In this document: positions 24,570 through 39,175 of the stretch, piece by piece
How positions within the stretch are numbered: the first letter of the stretch is position 1
How the letters are laid out: the number at the start of each line of letters is the position of its first letter
DNA from: Octopus sinensis
Lineage: Eukaryota
Length of the DNA: 64,000 bases
Direction of reading: 5' to 3'
NCBI RefSeq assembly: GCF_006345805.1
Contig: NC_042998.1
Location: 81,344,001 to 81,408,000, forward strand
Notes under the pieces: generated by a model
The model's input: only the letters and a program-made list of their open reading frames with translations
Databases searched by the model: none
Told to the model about the DNA's origin: nothing
Translations under genes and position numbers: made by a program

Positions 24570-25975
24570 TAACACAGTGTTGGTAAAAATGCACTGGAGT
24601 CTTTAATCATCTGTCAAGTCACAACAAGGACCTCAAACAGATAATACTTTCCTTAAGATGTGCGCTCTCCCAATAAGGCTGCTTTTTGCAAGACATCAAT
24701 CATGTTTGGGATTTCCAGTTACCTGAAGGAGTCTTGAAATTTCAATAAGATTGAGCCCAGCGCTCCGATCACCACTGGTACCACTTATACACTACCCCTC
24801 GCATTCCATACAGTCTTGCCATTTCCACTTTCAATTCGGAGTACTTGGTGATGTTTTCAACCACTTATTCACATCATTCATGTCATTTGGTATGATCTGA
24901 CAGTACTTGTCTCTCTTATTCAATATAATATCCAGCCGACGGTGTTCGAATACACGATCCGTCTGAAAATCATAGTCCCAGAGTATCGACACTTTTCCAT
25001 CCTCCTGCATAACTTTACTTGGTACACGCTCGTACCAGTTCTCTCTTACTCCATATTGGTATTTGCGGCATAAAGCCAATGAAGATGCACACACACTTTA
25101 TCGTGGCGGCGTTTGTATACTTTTTGTGCAAGGCTCTCACATCCACTTACCAAGTGGGTCACATTTTCCACACTCTTTCCACCGAGTCTGCATTTCTGGG
25201 TGTCAGAAGTTTTATAGATGTTATACTTCACTGAATTGATAGCGAGAGCCTAGTCTTGTGCATCAGTGATCAGGCTTTCGGTGGTACGTTTCAAATTACC
25301 TCGCTCAATCCATGCCCATGATGCTGTATTATTCTTAACGTTCTGTGTATAAATTTCAAACTGCCCATGCATTCTCATTTCAAAGTTTTCTTTACTCTCC
25401 TCCTCAGCTCTTTGGTTAAACTCTTACTTGCCCATTATTTCATATGCATCTACACACATATATTTCGCGACATAGTGGAGCAGTTCTTCATCACTATTTA
25501 TCAAATACTCGGCAAGCGTTCTTCTTTCACTCTTTATACAATGGCCCAAACTAATTAGTCCTCTGCTGCCATTCTTTTAATACACAGTCTATTTACGTTT
25601 GCTTTAGGGTGTAGCGCCCCATGGAGCGTCATCAACTTACCCATCATTCTATCTAGTGTGGATATTTCCTCCTTAGTCCATTTGAGGATGGACGTACTAT
25701 ATCTGCCCACTACAACTGCCCAGATATTCATTGCGGTAATCAGATTTTTAGCATCCAGGTTGGATTTCAACACCATCTTCACCGTTTTTTGATACGCCTC
25801 GCTGACCTTGACTTTCATTCCTCTGTGTAGAATGTCATCCAGCTCTAAAATCCCTAAATATCTATACCCACTACAGTCGGGTTCACCCATGGTCTCTCTG
25901 GATGGTAACCGCCATCCTCTGCAGGCTGCTTTCTTCCCTCTTTTCATATAAAGTACTGAGCATTTGGTAATCCCT
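24570..25975 (-). mobile_element. R4/Dong-like LINE, 5'-truncated, decayed
   Basis: ORFs YRYLGILELDDI...LHGALHPKANVNRL; KCRLGGKSVENVTHLVSGCESLAQKVYKRRHDKV; ILWDYDFQTDRVFEHRRLDI. Confidence 0.92.
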
Positions 25976-26194
25976 TATTATTATTATTACTATTATTATT
26001 ATTGATTTCACTGAGTTCGTACTTATTCATTATGTGGGTAGCGTGTTACTACATGTAACATTAAGTATCCACAAGCTTTCAATAGACTTTTCAGTGCTTA
26101 AGGCACTCCCGACAATCTTTCCTGTCCCTAATAGGCAAACTTTCTGTAGAAGCTCTACAAAAAATTCTAGTTCAATATATTTTGATCATTTCTG

Positions 26195-26715
26195 ATAAGG
26201 GTACACTAGACACAGGCATCACAACCAAATGTGCGCGACAAGGTGAACTTATATCAAGATAGATAGTGCATGACGATGCAGGTGAGGTCAGTTAGAATTT
26301 TCTTCAGGCGGAGTAGCTCACCCCGTACAAAAGGTTTCTGAACAAGGTTTGTTTGAGGATGACGAACGAATCACGCATGTTTCCAGAGGTGAATTATTCA
26401 AACCACCAAAGAATTCCCCTCAACACATGGCTACGATGTTCCTCCACTACCTCTTCTCGTGATAAGAGAAGCACATATCTTCAGCCACCAAGGGACATTC
26501 TCAACTGGTTATGGTCAAGCAACTAACAAGCAAATCTGTGGTATTGAGCAGAATATTTGCTATAGCCCATCTTTTATATCAAGACAAAACAATGTACATG
26601 TTAACACTTCCAATCAGTCAAGATCAGAAGCCATGAGAGACACTGCCTAGTATTGCATCAGGTCATACTAATAGCAATGACAATAATAATAATATTAATG
26701 ATGATAATAATAATG

Positions 26716-26791
<76 letters not shown>

Positions 26792-27320
26792 AAATATTAT
26801 TGTTACGATTATTATTGAGCGAGAGAGCAATACATACCATCGAAGTGACACTGGGTTACAAATATACGAAGCCCAGTATACCCATTTTGACTACCCGTAT
26901 AATAAAGGTAGACCAGGCATATGTATCACAACCATATGTAAGCTACATGGTGATTTTATATCGAACAAAACAGCTCATAAACTTGTAGGTGGAACCCAGT
27001 TGGAATTTTCTTCAGGTTGAATACTCCATCTCGCTCAAAAAGTCCCTGTCTAAGGTTTGTTTCAGAATGTTGAGCAAAACAGCCATGTTCCCATAAGTTA
27101 ATTATTCAACCCTAAAGAATTCCTCACAACACATGGCTATGATGCTCCCTTACTACTTCTGCTCGTGGTCAGCGATGTACACATTGTCAGCCTCTAAGGG
27201 ACATTCTCAACTGGTTAAGGCCAAGCAATTGACAAGCAAATCCGTGGTATTGAACAGAATATTTGCTGTAGCCCATTCTTTATATCAAGACAAAAACAAT
27301 GTATTTGATAACAGACATAG
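26195..27320 (-). mobile_element. Two further tandem copies of the ~500-bp (AAT)n-tailed repeat, separated by (TAA)n
   Basis: Homology to 18420-18963. Confidence 0.8.
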
Positions 27321-27469
27321 TTATTAAAGATAGGAAAGAAAATACTTTTAGACTAATAGTTGTAAGTTTTCCCACTGATACAAACATATCAGTAAAAGAA
27401 TTTGACAAATGCGGTGCCCCAGCATGGCCACAGCTCATGATCTAAAACTAGATGGAAAAAAAAACTAAG

Positions 27470-27823
27470 TAAATATAAGGACCTGGAAATTGAAATACAA
27501 AAGATGTGGCATCTTAAAGCGAGAACTGTTCCTGTTATGGTAAGTGCTATACGTATGATAAAATAGGGATGTATGAAATATCTCTATCAGATACCAGGAG
27601 AACCATGTCTCAGAGGAATCCAAAAGATTCTACTGACAAGTACTGCTTACATCCTTAACAAAACCCTATCCATTTAAACGTCTGTGTTGTATTACATGAT
27701 GATGTCTCGCTACTTCGCCTCTCCAAGCTTTCAGTCATACTGTAAATCTCTTATCCTTCACTCGCCTCAGGACGCTGGATGTGTCTCGGCAAGTGACTGT
27801 GACAAACAGGCAGATTAAAAGTA

Positions 27824-27893
<70 letters not shown>

Positions 27894-28317
27894 GCAACAC
27901 TACACTTTAACATTCAGACGGACTGAGAAATACAAACTAGAAGGCTTCATTTAATAGAATTGAAAGTGCCAGATAATTGACTTTTCAGCCCCAAATGAGA
28001 TAGAAGTCAATATGAGAGCTATAGAGAGGTATAGGCAAAATACCAGGATCTAGGCATTGTGTTCAGAGACTACGGGAACTGTAGGTAAAATGTATTCCTG
28101 TAGTCATAGGTGAATTAGAAACTATTCTTACAGGTTTAAGAAATGGATAGAGGATACACGCATAAAACCTAGTTTAGTACAACTCCAGAAAAAGTGTTGT
28201 TTGGGACAGCTAGAATACTTAGGCGGGTTCTTGATATCGAAGATTACTTGCCGTTGCCTGATATTAAGCGTTATTCTTTTTCAACAGTTTAATCTGTTGT
28301 GCATGTATGAAATAATA

Positions 28318-28370
<53 letters not shown>

Positions 28371-28790
28371 CGGTGAATAGACCGGACCTAGTGGTGGTGG
28401 ACAAGGTGAATCACATACACTATATAGTTGATGTTGCATCCCCCTTTCACCCACGAATATTCAAGAAGGAAGGCAAAAAGTTAGATAGATACAACCCTTT
28501 TAAGTACGAAATAGCCAAATCAGGCTATGGAAAATGAAGAAAGTGAAGATAGTACCAATTGTTGTTGGGTCCTTGGGAACAGTATCAGAAGGCATGAAGA
28601 TGAATATAAAGGAAATAGGAATAGAGTGTCCAGTAGAACTGTTACAAAGGGTTTGCTTCTTTTGTATGGCCAGAATAATCAGGAAAGTATTAGATAGCCG
28701 AAAAAAAAAAAACGAATAGCATGGTCACAGGTAGTAAGACTGCTACGTATGCAAGACTTCAGGAGCTCCAACAAAACCTGTGACAAAGAG
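27470..28790 (+). mobile_element. Three short R4/Dong-like LINE 3'-end fragments, each ending in (AAT)n
   Basis: KYKDLEIEIQKMWHLK (27470); KYQDL...IPVVIG (28010); RPDLVVVDK...WKMKKVKIVPIVVGSLGTVS (28380-28720). Confidence 0.8.
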
Positions 28791-28859
28791 AAAATAATAA
28801 TAATGATAATAATAAAGATAGTCTTATTATCATTATCATTATCATCGTTTTCGTCGCGG

Positions 28860-29970
28860 AATTGTTATCACATCGAACAAAAAGCTTGGCTGCTTTTCTT
28901 GCGGCTTTATGTTTTCAATTCAAATTACGCCAAGGTCGACTACGTGATTCATCCTTTCAGGATAGATAAAATAAATAGTATTTAAGGTGATGTGGTCGAT
29001 GTAATTGACTTCCTTTGCCATCAAAACTGTTGACCTTGTGCCAAAATTAGAAAGGATTAATATTAATGCTGTGGTTCTTCGTTAGACGATCAGCTGGCAG
29101 AAACGCTAGCACGCCGGATAAAATACTTTGCGGCATTTTGTCCGCGCTATTTTCTGAGTTCAAATTCCGTCGAGGTCGACTTTTCTTCTTTTGGAGTCGA
29201 TAAAATGAGTACCAGTTGAGCAATGGGGGTCGATGTAGTCGACGTAACTCCTCCCTTACAATTGCTTGCCTTGTGCCACAATTTGAAATTATTATTATGG
29301 TTCTTCTCTACAGAAAATTTCCATTAAAGTTTGAGATTTTAAATTCCGACTAGAGTAACATTGCTTTTCACCTTTTAGTAGTCGGTAAGATAAAGTGCTC
29401 ATCAACAACTGAGGTCTGGTTAATCGCCTAATATCTTCTTCCGAGTTTCTACCTCTGTACCAATGTAAGATATAGTTTTGGCGATGGATTATTGGAAGTA
29501 TAAGAATAAATGCCTTGCAATATTTGTTACGACTCTTCATGTCCTGATTTCAAATCACAAATGTTTTCTTCAGGGAACGTCATAAGAGCGTCACACAATA
29601 TATGTTACGTTATTTCTGACATCGTTTTATAATTTCATTTCAAATTCCGTAGATGTCAAATATTTCACTTTCTCTTGTCTCGATAACATAAAGTGGTAGT
29701 CAAATAAAGGGTTCAGTGTAATCGGGTAAGCTTTGCACAAAGTTGCTAGCCTTTTGCCTAAATTAAGAATGATTCGGTAAAATCGCTGGAACGTCGTAGA
29801 AAATTGTTTGCAGCATTCGTTCCAGCAATTAAAATTTTGAGTTCAGTTCTCAACTAGTCACGTTTGCTTTTCATTCTTCAGAGGTCAGTAAAATAATGTA
29901 TAAATCAAGTCCTGTTTCGATGTAATCGGCTAACACCCGCCGTCCAGCTCCTTAGCTTTATTCCTAAATT
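28860..29970 (+). mobile_element. Cluster of 3-4 same-orientation family-1 SINE copies of differing decay
   Basis: Clearest copy at 29085-29298; more degenerate copies at 28860-29065, ~29570-29770 and ~29775-29970. Confidence 0.65.
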
Positions 29971-30049
29971 TGTGAGACACATTCGCTTGAGAGTCAGACA
30001 ATACACCGGCTCGTTGCTTCATTGCATCTTCAAATAAAGTACCAGCCGC

Positions 30050-30440
30050 CTGATTAGAGTACATCAGACACATGCATAACAAGCATAAGTGTGCGACGCG
30101 GTGATCTCATATCAATACAATCAGTGCATGGTCTTGCGGTTGGGGATCAGTTAGACGTTTATGGACGTCGAATATCCCATCCTGTTCAAGAGGTCCCAGA
30201 ATAAGGGTTGTTTAAATATGACGAATGAAACATACATGTTTCCAGAGATGAAATATTTAAATCCCAAAGAAAACCTCTCAATACATGTCTATGATGTTTC
30301 CCCTCTACTTCTGCTCGTGATCAACGCTGCACGTATCATCAGCCACTAAGGGACACGCTCAGGTTAAGGTCAAACAAATGAGTAGCAAATCTGTGGTATT
30401 GAGCAGAATATTTGCTGTAGACCATCTTTTATACGAAGAC
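30050..30440 (-). mobile_element. Copy of the ~500-bp non-autonomous repeat
   Basis: Homology to 18630-18963 and 26195-26580. Confidence 0.78.
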
Positions 30441-33400
30441 TAAATCGTATCTGAGCTTATTTTAGAAACTTTAACCCTAGTCGACTGGAGTTTGCACAGA
30501 GAAAATGCATTTGATTCTTTGCTCCATTGGAATTTCCATTTGCTTGTTCTTTGTGCCCAGTGAATGCCTTATCTACGAAGAATGTATATATTCTGTTAAT
30601 ATGGGATTTCTATTCCTTCTATATATATGAAATTTTTTTGATTACCTTTTTTTATCTTATTGTACTTGAAGGTTGTCTCCATTTCGTTTGCCGTGCGTCT
30701 TTTGTGGTTTCGCTTCATAATTATTAGTATCTGTTCTAAATGATAATGATTTTAAACGTATAAATTATTTAAACTTCTATGACATTTGTCGTCTGACCTG
30801 AGATTTCCAGTTCTCGTACTTGCAGTGTTTTCTACTTGCATTATCTATCGATTTTAAATTTCCCAATGTATTGATTCTTATATTATGAAAGGCAAAGTCG
30901 ATATCAACTACATTGGTACACAAAACTTGAAAGTTCATAACTAAATACTCCACGTATTTAATTCAATGCTGTGCAAATTCTGGCATCTAATAGCTCTATG
31001 TGGTGAAATATATTTCATTATACAAAAGAGAAATCTGTTCGATTGAATGGAAAATTCATTTAGAACATAGGCGATCCAGTGGTATACCTGAATAGGATCT
31101 CATCTCTCAGAAATATTAAGCCAGATATCTCTCTCAAATTATCTATAGTATAAAGAGGCGTATAAAGTAATGGTGATTTGATGTATGTAGTACATTTGTC
31201 ACAAAACAAAATTGCGTACTCATTCTCTGCAAATAATGATTCAAGTAATATTTCATCTAAACCATTTTTTCAATTAATATTTGAATTGATGTTAGCATAA
31301 CCAATGTTGTGGGTGATTCGTCCATGGAATTATACATCATTATGTGATATAAGGATGATTTGACTTTTATTTTTGGTTGGTCGCGTTGCCTCAAAAACAT
31401 TCTCTTCGTTCATTCTCTTCCGAGGAATTAATTGGGATTCAAGTGGTTTATAGTATAAATTTTAACATTTCCCAATGATATTTTGCCATGTTGAATTAAA
31501 GAATATGGTTTCATGAATTAGGCTTTGTAGCAATTTTCATCTATTTCATCATGCATTGTCGTTAGGTTGGAATTGCTATCAGGATCTTTCGTTTCTATCC
31601 TTAAGTCTTAGTTTTTAATTGAGTTGTTTGAAGCTATATAGAAAATCGTTTTCGAGGTGGTTCTCTACACATCGTAGTGAAGATAAGCTCTATCGTGGAG
31701 ATAGATGCATTTGTATGATAAATGTTGAATATTGTTATTCAAAAACTGATTTAAAATAAAATGAGGTAATTCTTTTGTTTAATTTTATAGAATTATATTA
31801 GAAATACACTGAAAGCTGTATTTTAATAATTTGAATTTCTCGTTTGTTTATTATTTTCTATGTATTAGCTTCTATTTTAATATTTGCACAAGTCGTATAG
31901 TTTAAGAGAAATAAGCTTTCGTCTCATTTGTCTATATTAAAGCTATTTGCAACGCAAGTAAATTTAACTTGTGTCAATTAAAAGTCAAAATCAATTGTGG
32001 TCTCCAGCGGGTAGTTTTAAGTGTTTGTTATATCTTAAATATATGTTATTATTTAGTTTGAGGTCAAAGGTCAATTTCGTGTAGGAAAGAAAATAATAAT
32101 ATTCAAATGTCGTCTTGGAAGATTGTATTTAAAGTGGTAAGAGTTATTACATCACGAAAATGTGTGATTACCATGGATGTGACGAACGACCAGCCCATCC
32201 CCACCTGCAATAGAAAGATATTAGCCACTTGGTCAGGATGAAAACAACAGGTGAAGCGTAAGACGAATGAAAAAAATGGGGATATAGAAAATAGCAAAAG
32301 GAACATTGCACATATGTATTTATAATCGAAAAAATCGAAATTACATAAAGCAACTTGAAACAAAAATACAATAACAAATATATATTCATTTTTTCCTAAG
32401 CACAAGACCAAATATATATATATATCAATATGGATCATAAAAAGCATTATTGAATCTGTAGAAAGAAATAACAATTGTCTCCTGTACAAATGGAACTAAG
32501 AATTGCGCACTAATTCATGAACACCGATTTACTTTTGGCTTCTATCTGTTGTAAGCTTCTGTATTTTATCATCATATGTGTAGTGTGATGTCTTTTTTAG
32601 CAGAAATTGAAATCTCGCCATTAATTTACTCATTGGGAGGTTACTTCTATTCTATATCTTTCTGCACGTTATTAATCTTTTGCTTAGAAGGAAAAAAAAA
32701 TGTTCAGTGAGAGGAAATGTGATGATAACGTTCACTCATCTCTCAAGGTTATTAGGAACGTACGTAAATTGAATTGCTTCTAACTCGGATGCCGATTCGT
32801 CCGGAGCCTATTCAGTGCTTAACGATGCTTGCTAAAATGGCATAAAAATTTCTCTTGGATTTCAAAATGTTGTTCCAACTCGTTTCTCTAATATGTTATG
32901 ACTATAAATCGACATTTGAATTTAGAGAACAGCTTGTGTATTTCAAGAAAAACCATTAAACTTTCACCAACGTAGGCATAACTAGTAAGTAAATATTGCA
33001 TGCAATTTACTTTGCATTTGCAGTACGTGGATTGAATGGGAAATTTAAATAAGTATCTTGAATGCATCTCTAGATGTAATTGCATATCAATAACGAGGCA
33101 GATTTATGGCAGTGTTACAAAAATGTTGGTTTCATTGAAGAAGAATGAGTTTCAATTTTGCCACAGGTGATGGATTGTGGTCTAAGCAACGAACGTATTC
33201 ATTTCACCAATCTTGTTTTCCTTTACGCAGCAAGACAAACATTTTGTCCATTACTATTTTCATTGAACTAGTTACAAGGAAACATACGTTTAGATAATGA
33301 AACCAGTTTATATGATAACGATTGGTAGAATTGAAATCAGTTGTAAATATCCATTCATTCTGTTTGAAAGAGAGAATTGTTGGTAGTGAAGCTAACTGTG

Positions 33401-34086
33401 TTAGTATCTAAGTCTTATTTAACTGTATATATATATGAAGTACACACTAGGTACAAAAACTTTAGAAGGTTTATTTCACAATTTTCACTGAAAAATCATT
33501 TAATGACGGCAGTTTGTAAATCACTATGTTCACAAGAGGTAGTTATAATAAATATCGTGAGATAAATGAAAATGACATCCAATAAGGTTCAACGAATACA
33601 TTTATACACAATGGTGCATTCGGTAGACCTGCACCCTTATAGATATATCAGATATTTACTTTTTTTTAATTGTACATTTTCTTATTAGCATAAGAGTATA
33701 TGTAATTTTCATGTAGAGACACAAAGGCTCATTCAAACATACATACACACTGACATACACAGACACAAAACATGCTTGCACAGAAACACACAAACACATA
33801 TTTATATGCAAAGTAAAATGAAGTGCACACTGACAACTATATTTTCTAGTGCTGTGGGGAAGTGCCACCCCCACACCATTAGTTGCTAATATATTTCACT
33901 ATAAGTCATCATATAGCACTGTAGTTCATATTTTCAGTCAACTTAAGAAAAGTATCCATTAATGGAGATGTTATGAAACAAGCGCCAAGGAAAAGAAAAA
34001 GGATAAAGCCATTTGGCGCTGCAATTTTCAGCGTTTTATTATTACCTGTTGACTTAGATTTTTCATTACCCCCCCCCATATATATA

Positions 34087-34130
<44 letters not shown>

Positions 34131-36672
34131 GTATATATATATATACATACACACATATATACATATATATATATATTTATATATATATATATGTATGCAT
34201 GTATGTATAAATGTATATGTATATATAGATATATGTACATATATAAAAAAAAACTATATCTTACTTAACAGACAACCTGCATGTTAGAATGTAATACAGA
34301 GTAAATTAGGGAAAATAGACATCAACTTCCCACGGATAGCTATTGATATGGAAAAGCTTTCCATATCACGCAATTTAGATAATCATACATGAGCTTATTG
34401 AAATAAATAGCAGTGGCGTGGCTAACACCCACACATGTACACATTCGCGCACAAATATATATATATATAAAGTTTTTTTAATTATTGGTGTGTATACATG
34501 CGTATGCATGTACATATATAAAACTAGATAGAACTATGTGAATACACTCTCACACACACATTCATATATGTATATATATATATAATATATATATATATAT
34601 ATACATATTACAAATAGTATTTTGTATATGATAGTCAAAAATAACACTTCCATATTAAATAATCTACGTCACATAAAAATATTTTTATAAACTTTCACGT
34701 GTAATGTATATGTTATAAAAATATTTGTAATATGCATACATACATAAATACTAACACTCATACATACATGTGTATGTGTGTATATATATATATATATACA
34801 TACATATATATATATATATGTATATAATATCTTGTGTCTACAAATAGATGTATGACTGCTAATGTTGAGTTCAGAGGTGTGCGATGTATTTATCAGCCAC
34901 TTTGTTTCCAGTATAGGTTTTTAACTATTACTGTTTTGTATTACTAGTTACAATGTACAGAGTCACTACGATAAAACACTTATATAATTTGTTCCTACGC
35001 ATCCTTCCCAGTGTGTGTGTTTAGAACACTGCCTTTGATGTTTCAAATGCATTTAGATAGGTAACCACAGCGTAACATAATGCATTAAAGTGTTCTCTTG
35101 ACGATCCGTTATGGTCAAGCATCCAACCCCTCGTGGAACATCCAATACTGAGTTTCAAACAGTTTATCAGAGTGAAACGAACGTAGGAACAAATGATAAT
35201 GACTTATGTGTATCAGAATGCCTCTTATATGTGTGTGAGTATATATACACACGCATACACACACACACACGCACACACACATACACACACATATATATAC
35301 ACAAATATGTATATATATGCGTATATATCTCTATGTATATATATATATGTACATATATATATAGCTATATATATATACATCTGCACACACAAAATTATGT
35401 ATATTACACACATACGCTCACACACAAACACAGACACACATGCGTACATATACAGCTATATGGTGAATGAATATACAATAGACGTGTTACATACAAGTTT
35501 ACATTATATATATAAATACATATAGATACGTGTGTGTGTATATAAATATGTGTTTGTATGTCTGTATATGTATATATGGATATGTGCGTGTGTGTGGCCT
35601 GAAATGCCCGAATTCCTCCGGATTTAGTGTCGGGCATTAAAAATATGGTGGGTATAAACAGTTGAATTCTAATATACATGTTTATCTGTCGCGAATTTTG
35701 TTTTCCAGATCGTAAACCCACGGTGATCTCCCTCAGCGAATTTTTCAAACCCCTGGATGCTCTCATTCTACCACTGCCAATACACAACTACAGACCGCAG
35801 TGAATAATTTCCAATTGATCACTGTGGAATATGGACTCTCTACATTTGTTTGATAGCTCGAAATTAGTACATTTATCCGTCCGTGGCATTACATACTTGG
35901 GGTCCTTTCCGAACAAATACACACCGCGTTATAATTATATCTCATACCCACTAAAAACAAATGTCATTGTTAACTCACCAGAGATTACAATTTTAGAACA
36001 CATTTTTGTTTTAAATTTTCAGATTTCTCTACTTTATTTTTTATCCGTGTTCTACATTTCACACAGTAGATACGCGGCCGTAAGCATTTTGTTTTACGAA
36101 GTTTTTTTTCGCAAAGTTTGTAAGAGAATAATATTCCCAATACTGAAAATTATGATTTTAAAAGTACGTAATGCCTTAATTTACAATCTTAGCTTAGCAG
36201 GTAGGCTATAGGACACAATTAGAAGGAAAATTTAGAGTTTCAGTTAAGGGCTCGTTTTACAGTTATGGTTAGCAGTTATGGTGTTTTGGGTATGGGTTAT
36301 AAATGTTTTGAGCAATAGTTTAGATTTTAAGTTTAGTGTCAGGGTTTACGATAATGATTCCTGATTAAGATAAACAGATAGTGTTTATGATTCGAGGTTA
36401 GCGTGAAGGTACGAATTAAAAGAAGTATAAATTCTTGAAAATAATTTATAGAAAATGTATTGTCAGAATCGTAATCATCTACTTTTAAAAGTATTCCGGA
36501 GAAACATTTTCGACGGGGGGGGGGGAGAACATTCTTAGGCTGCCTAATCCGCAAATTTCCACCGTTCATTTTTTTTTATGAGGAATCTTTTCTATACCTT
36601 AATTAAAATGACTTTGCTTCATTGAAGTTAATTCCCGAAGTTCAATCCTGAGAAATACCAGGTATTTCGGCT

Positions 36673-36765
<93 letters not shown>

Positions 36766-39089
36766 TGTATATACACATATATATAATATATATATATATA
36801 TTTACATATATATGTATATACATATTGCATATATATGTGTATATATATATGTATATATACATATGTGCGTATGTATGTATGTATGTATGTGTGTATGCGT
36901 GCACATGAACGCGTATGTCTATGTGTGTGTATGCGTTTGTGTGGATAACATTTATATTTCGAGTTAGACTAACATATCTTTGATCGTATAAAAATAGCAT
37001 CAAAATAACCGAACCTTTTTAGTAAATCTCCAAATGTGTTCCTTCGATAAGTGTACCATGGATTTGAAGAGAGTCTTGCCCATCTGTAACAAAGAGTATA
37101 TGAACAAACACAAAGATTAAATGGAATATCAGCCTCAAAATATTAGCCTTTCTTAAGGATGGCCTTAAAAGCGTCTTATGAGATTATTTAGGCTGGGAAT
37201 TAAAATCTGTTCAAAAAAATAAAAAAAAATAGGGAGAAACGAAAACATAACAAACATATGGATAAGAATATATATTGAGATATGTAAAGTAATAAAGGCA
37301 TATATGAATATCTCCTTATCGTCTGACAAAAAGCTTGTCCTTCCAATTAATAGCACGTCAGCTTTGAAGAAATCTTTGGTTCTTGAAATTATTTCACCTT
37401 CATATATAGAGCTGGTCTTAGTTACCATTTGGTAATTATAACACAAGTTCTAGAGGTGGAATTTTAATGAATCACGAATTTGTGTTGTATCTAATATACC
37501 GGTCTAAGCCATTCAAATGACTTTGGTCACTCTAAGCTATTTCTCATAACTGATGTTTGTTTAAATCTTGTAAAGTACATTTTGCCTGTAGTTTTCTGAT
37601 TTCCTTGTAATATAAATTAAGTACTTCATTACAGAACACAAGAAATAATTCGGTATAATGGAGTATAATTTAAGTTAAATTAAAGTGAGCCAAAAATGAA
37701 TTTTATATACAGAATGAATTTATACTCTCTATGAAATGATATCGAAATTATGTTGCACATAATTTACCATGTCTCCTCAATGAGATGGTTCATTTCAGAT
37801 ATTGAATTTCATATTGCCAAACTAAATCTAAAGACCTCAAGTTTAAACATTTTTGAACCTGTTAAGAATTAATCTGTCTTTGCATATTCAATATAATATG
37901 GTCTCCGTGTCTTCAATGTATACTTTGATCTAGATAATCCAACATATTTTCTCGGCTGAAAGCTTCATTCTTCGGTTGCTGAACCTGTGTGTTCAACAGC
38001 GAGTAAATATTAATAATTGATTTTCAATTGTTCCCAGTTCACGAAACCAGTGAAATGGACCGCGGATATCGGGGAGATATGAATAATTGTTACTGGAAGA
38101 ATGTGACATAGTCGACAAGATATTTCATCGAACAGACTGCAGTGTCACTTCAAACCAGTGAAGCGTTGTACAGCCTAGTTCTACTCATTACATTTTAGTG
38201 ATCATAAGATCAACAAAGTGACATTAGAGATATTATGCGTCAAACATTATAACTAATATTCTACACAGTTGACCATCAAGCTGATTTTATGTCGCGCTTG
38301 TGGCCAGGAAAAGTTTTACATTTCATACAATGCAAAGTAGAACATATCAGATAGCTTCGAATATTAGCATTATGTTTAAAAATCGATAGACTACAACTAC
38401 AGTAATTTAAAAATACTTCTGATATAAAAACAAATTTTTAATTCACCTTCATTTTAAATGAACTGAAAACGAAAATTAGAGTGCCTCTAATTAAACATTA
38501 CATTGCTCTTTGGAGAATGCAAAATCTGAGAGATACGTAACAATTATAAGGTTATATATATTTATATAGTATTAAAAATTCAAATACTACTCAATGAAGC
38601 ACTGCCGGATATAAATAGAACAATTGCATATTTCTTACCTTACCCGTATGTATTTGATTTTACATCCAAAATTTCGAAATTTATATGCAGGTATGTCCAT
38701 AAATGTATTACTTTGTGTTTCTAGGATAATCTATCAACTATCTCTATCTTTTTTTGTTTAGAGACAGTTTTGCTCTTGAACTCCTACTTTTCAGTATACT
38801 CTACTGAACATCGTCAACAAATTCGTTATAAGACTACTCATTTCAATGTCGAAGTCTTCAGCTGGGTACTAAAGATGTTTAAATGTTCTTGAGAAAATAA
38901 ATGCTAAACTCGCTATTTGTTCAACAATTGTTATAGATTGTTTTAAACTTTTCAATTTATACATATCTCATTAACTTTTTGTAGCAAATATAAATAAAGG
39001 TTTTCTATAAATATGAAGAATCAATTTTATAAAAAAATTGGGTTCATTATTTGAGATTAAATATTAATTACATTACGTATATTACTCAC

Positions 39090-39175
39090 CATCCCTTTCT
39101 TCGTCAGGCATTCTATTGATGTTTCGGGGACTTTTCCACAACCTTTGTCGGAGGTTGGCTATAGAATTGAAATAG
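39090..39175 (-). CDS. Candidate exon (..ANLRQRLWKSPRNINRMPDEERD or PTSDKGCGKVPETSIECLTKKGM)
   Basis: GTGAGT donor at 39089, two possible acceptors (exon start 39158 or 39175) after a pyrimidine tract, higher GC; frame ambiguous. Confidence 0.3.

Noticed and set aside
33909-37003. Many IY/CV/HT-rich ORFs, also at 8.7-13, 45-48, 51.6 and 61.8 kb
   Set aside because: They are translations of (AT)n, (GT)n and (ATAC)n microsatellites.
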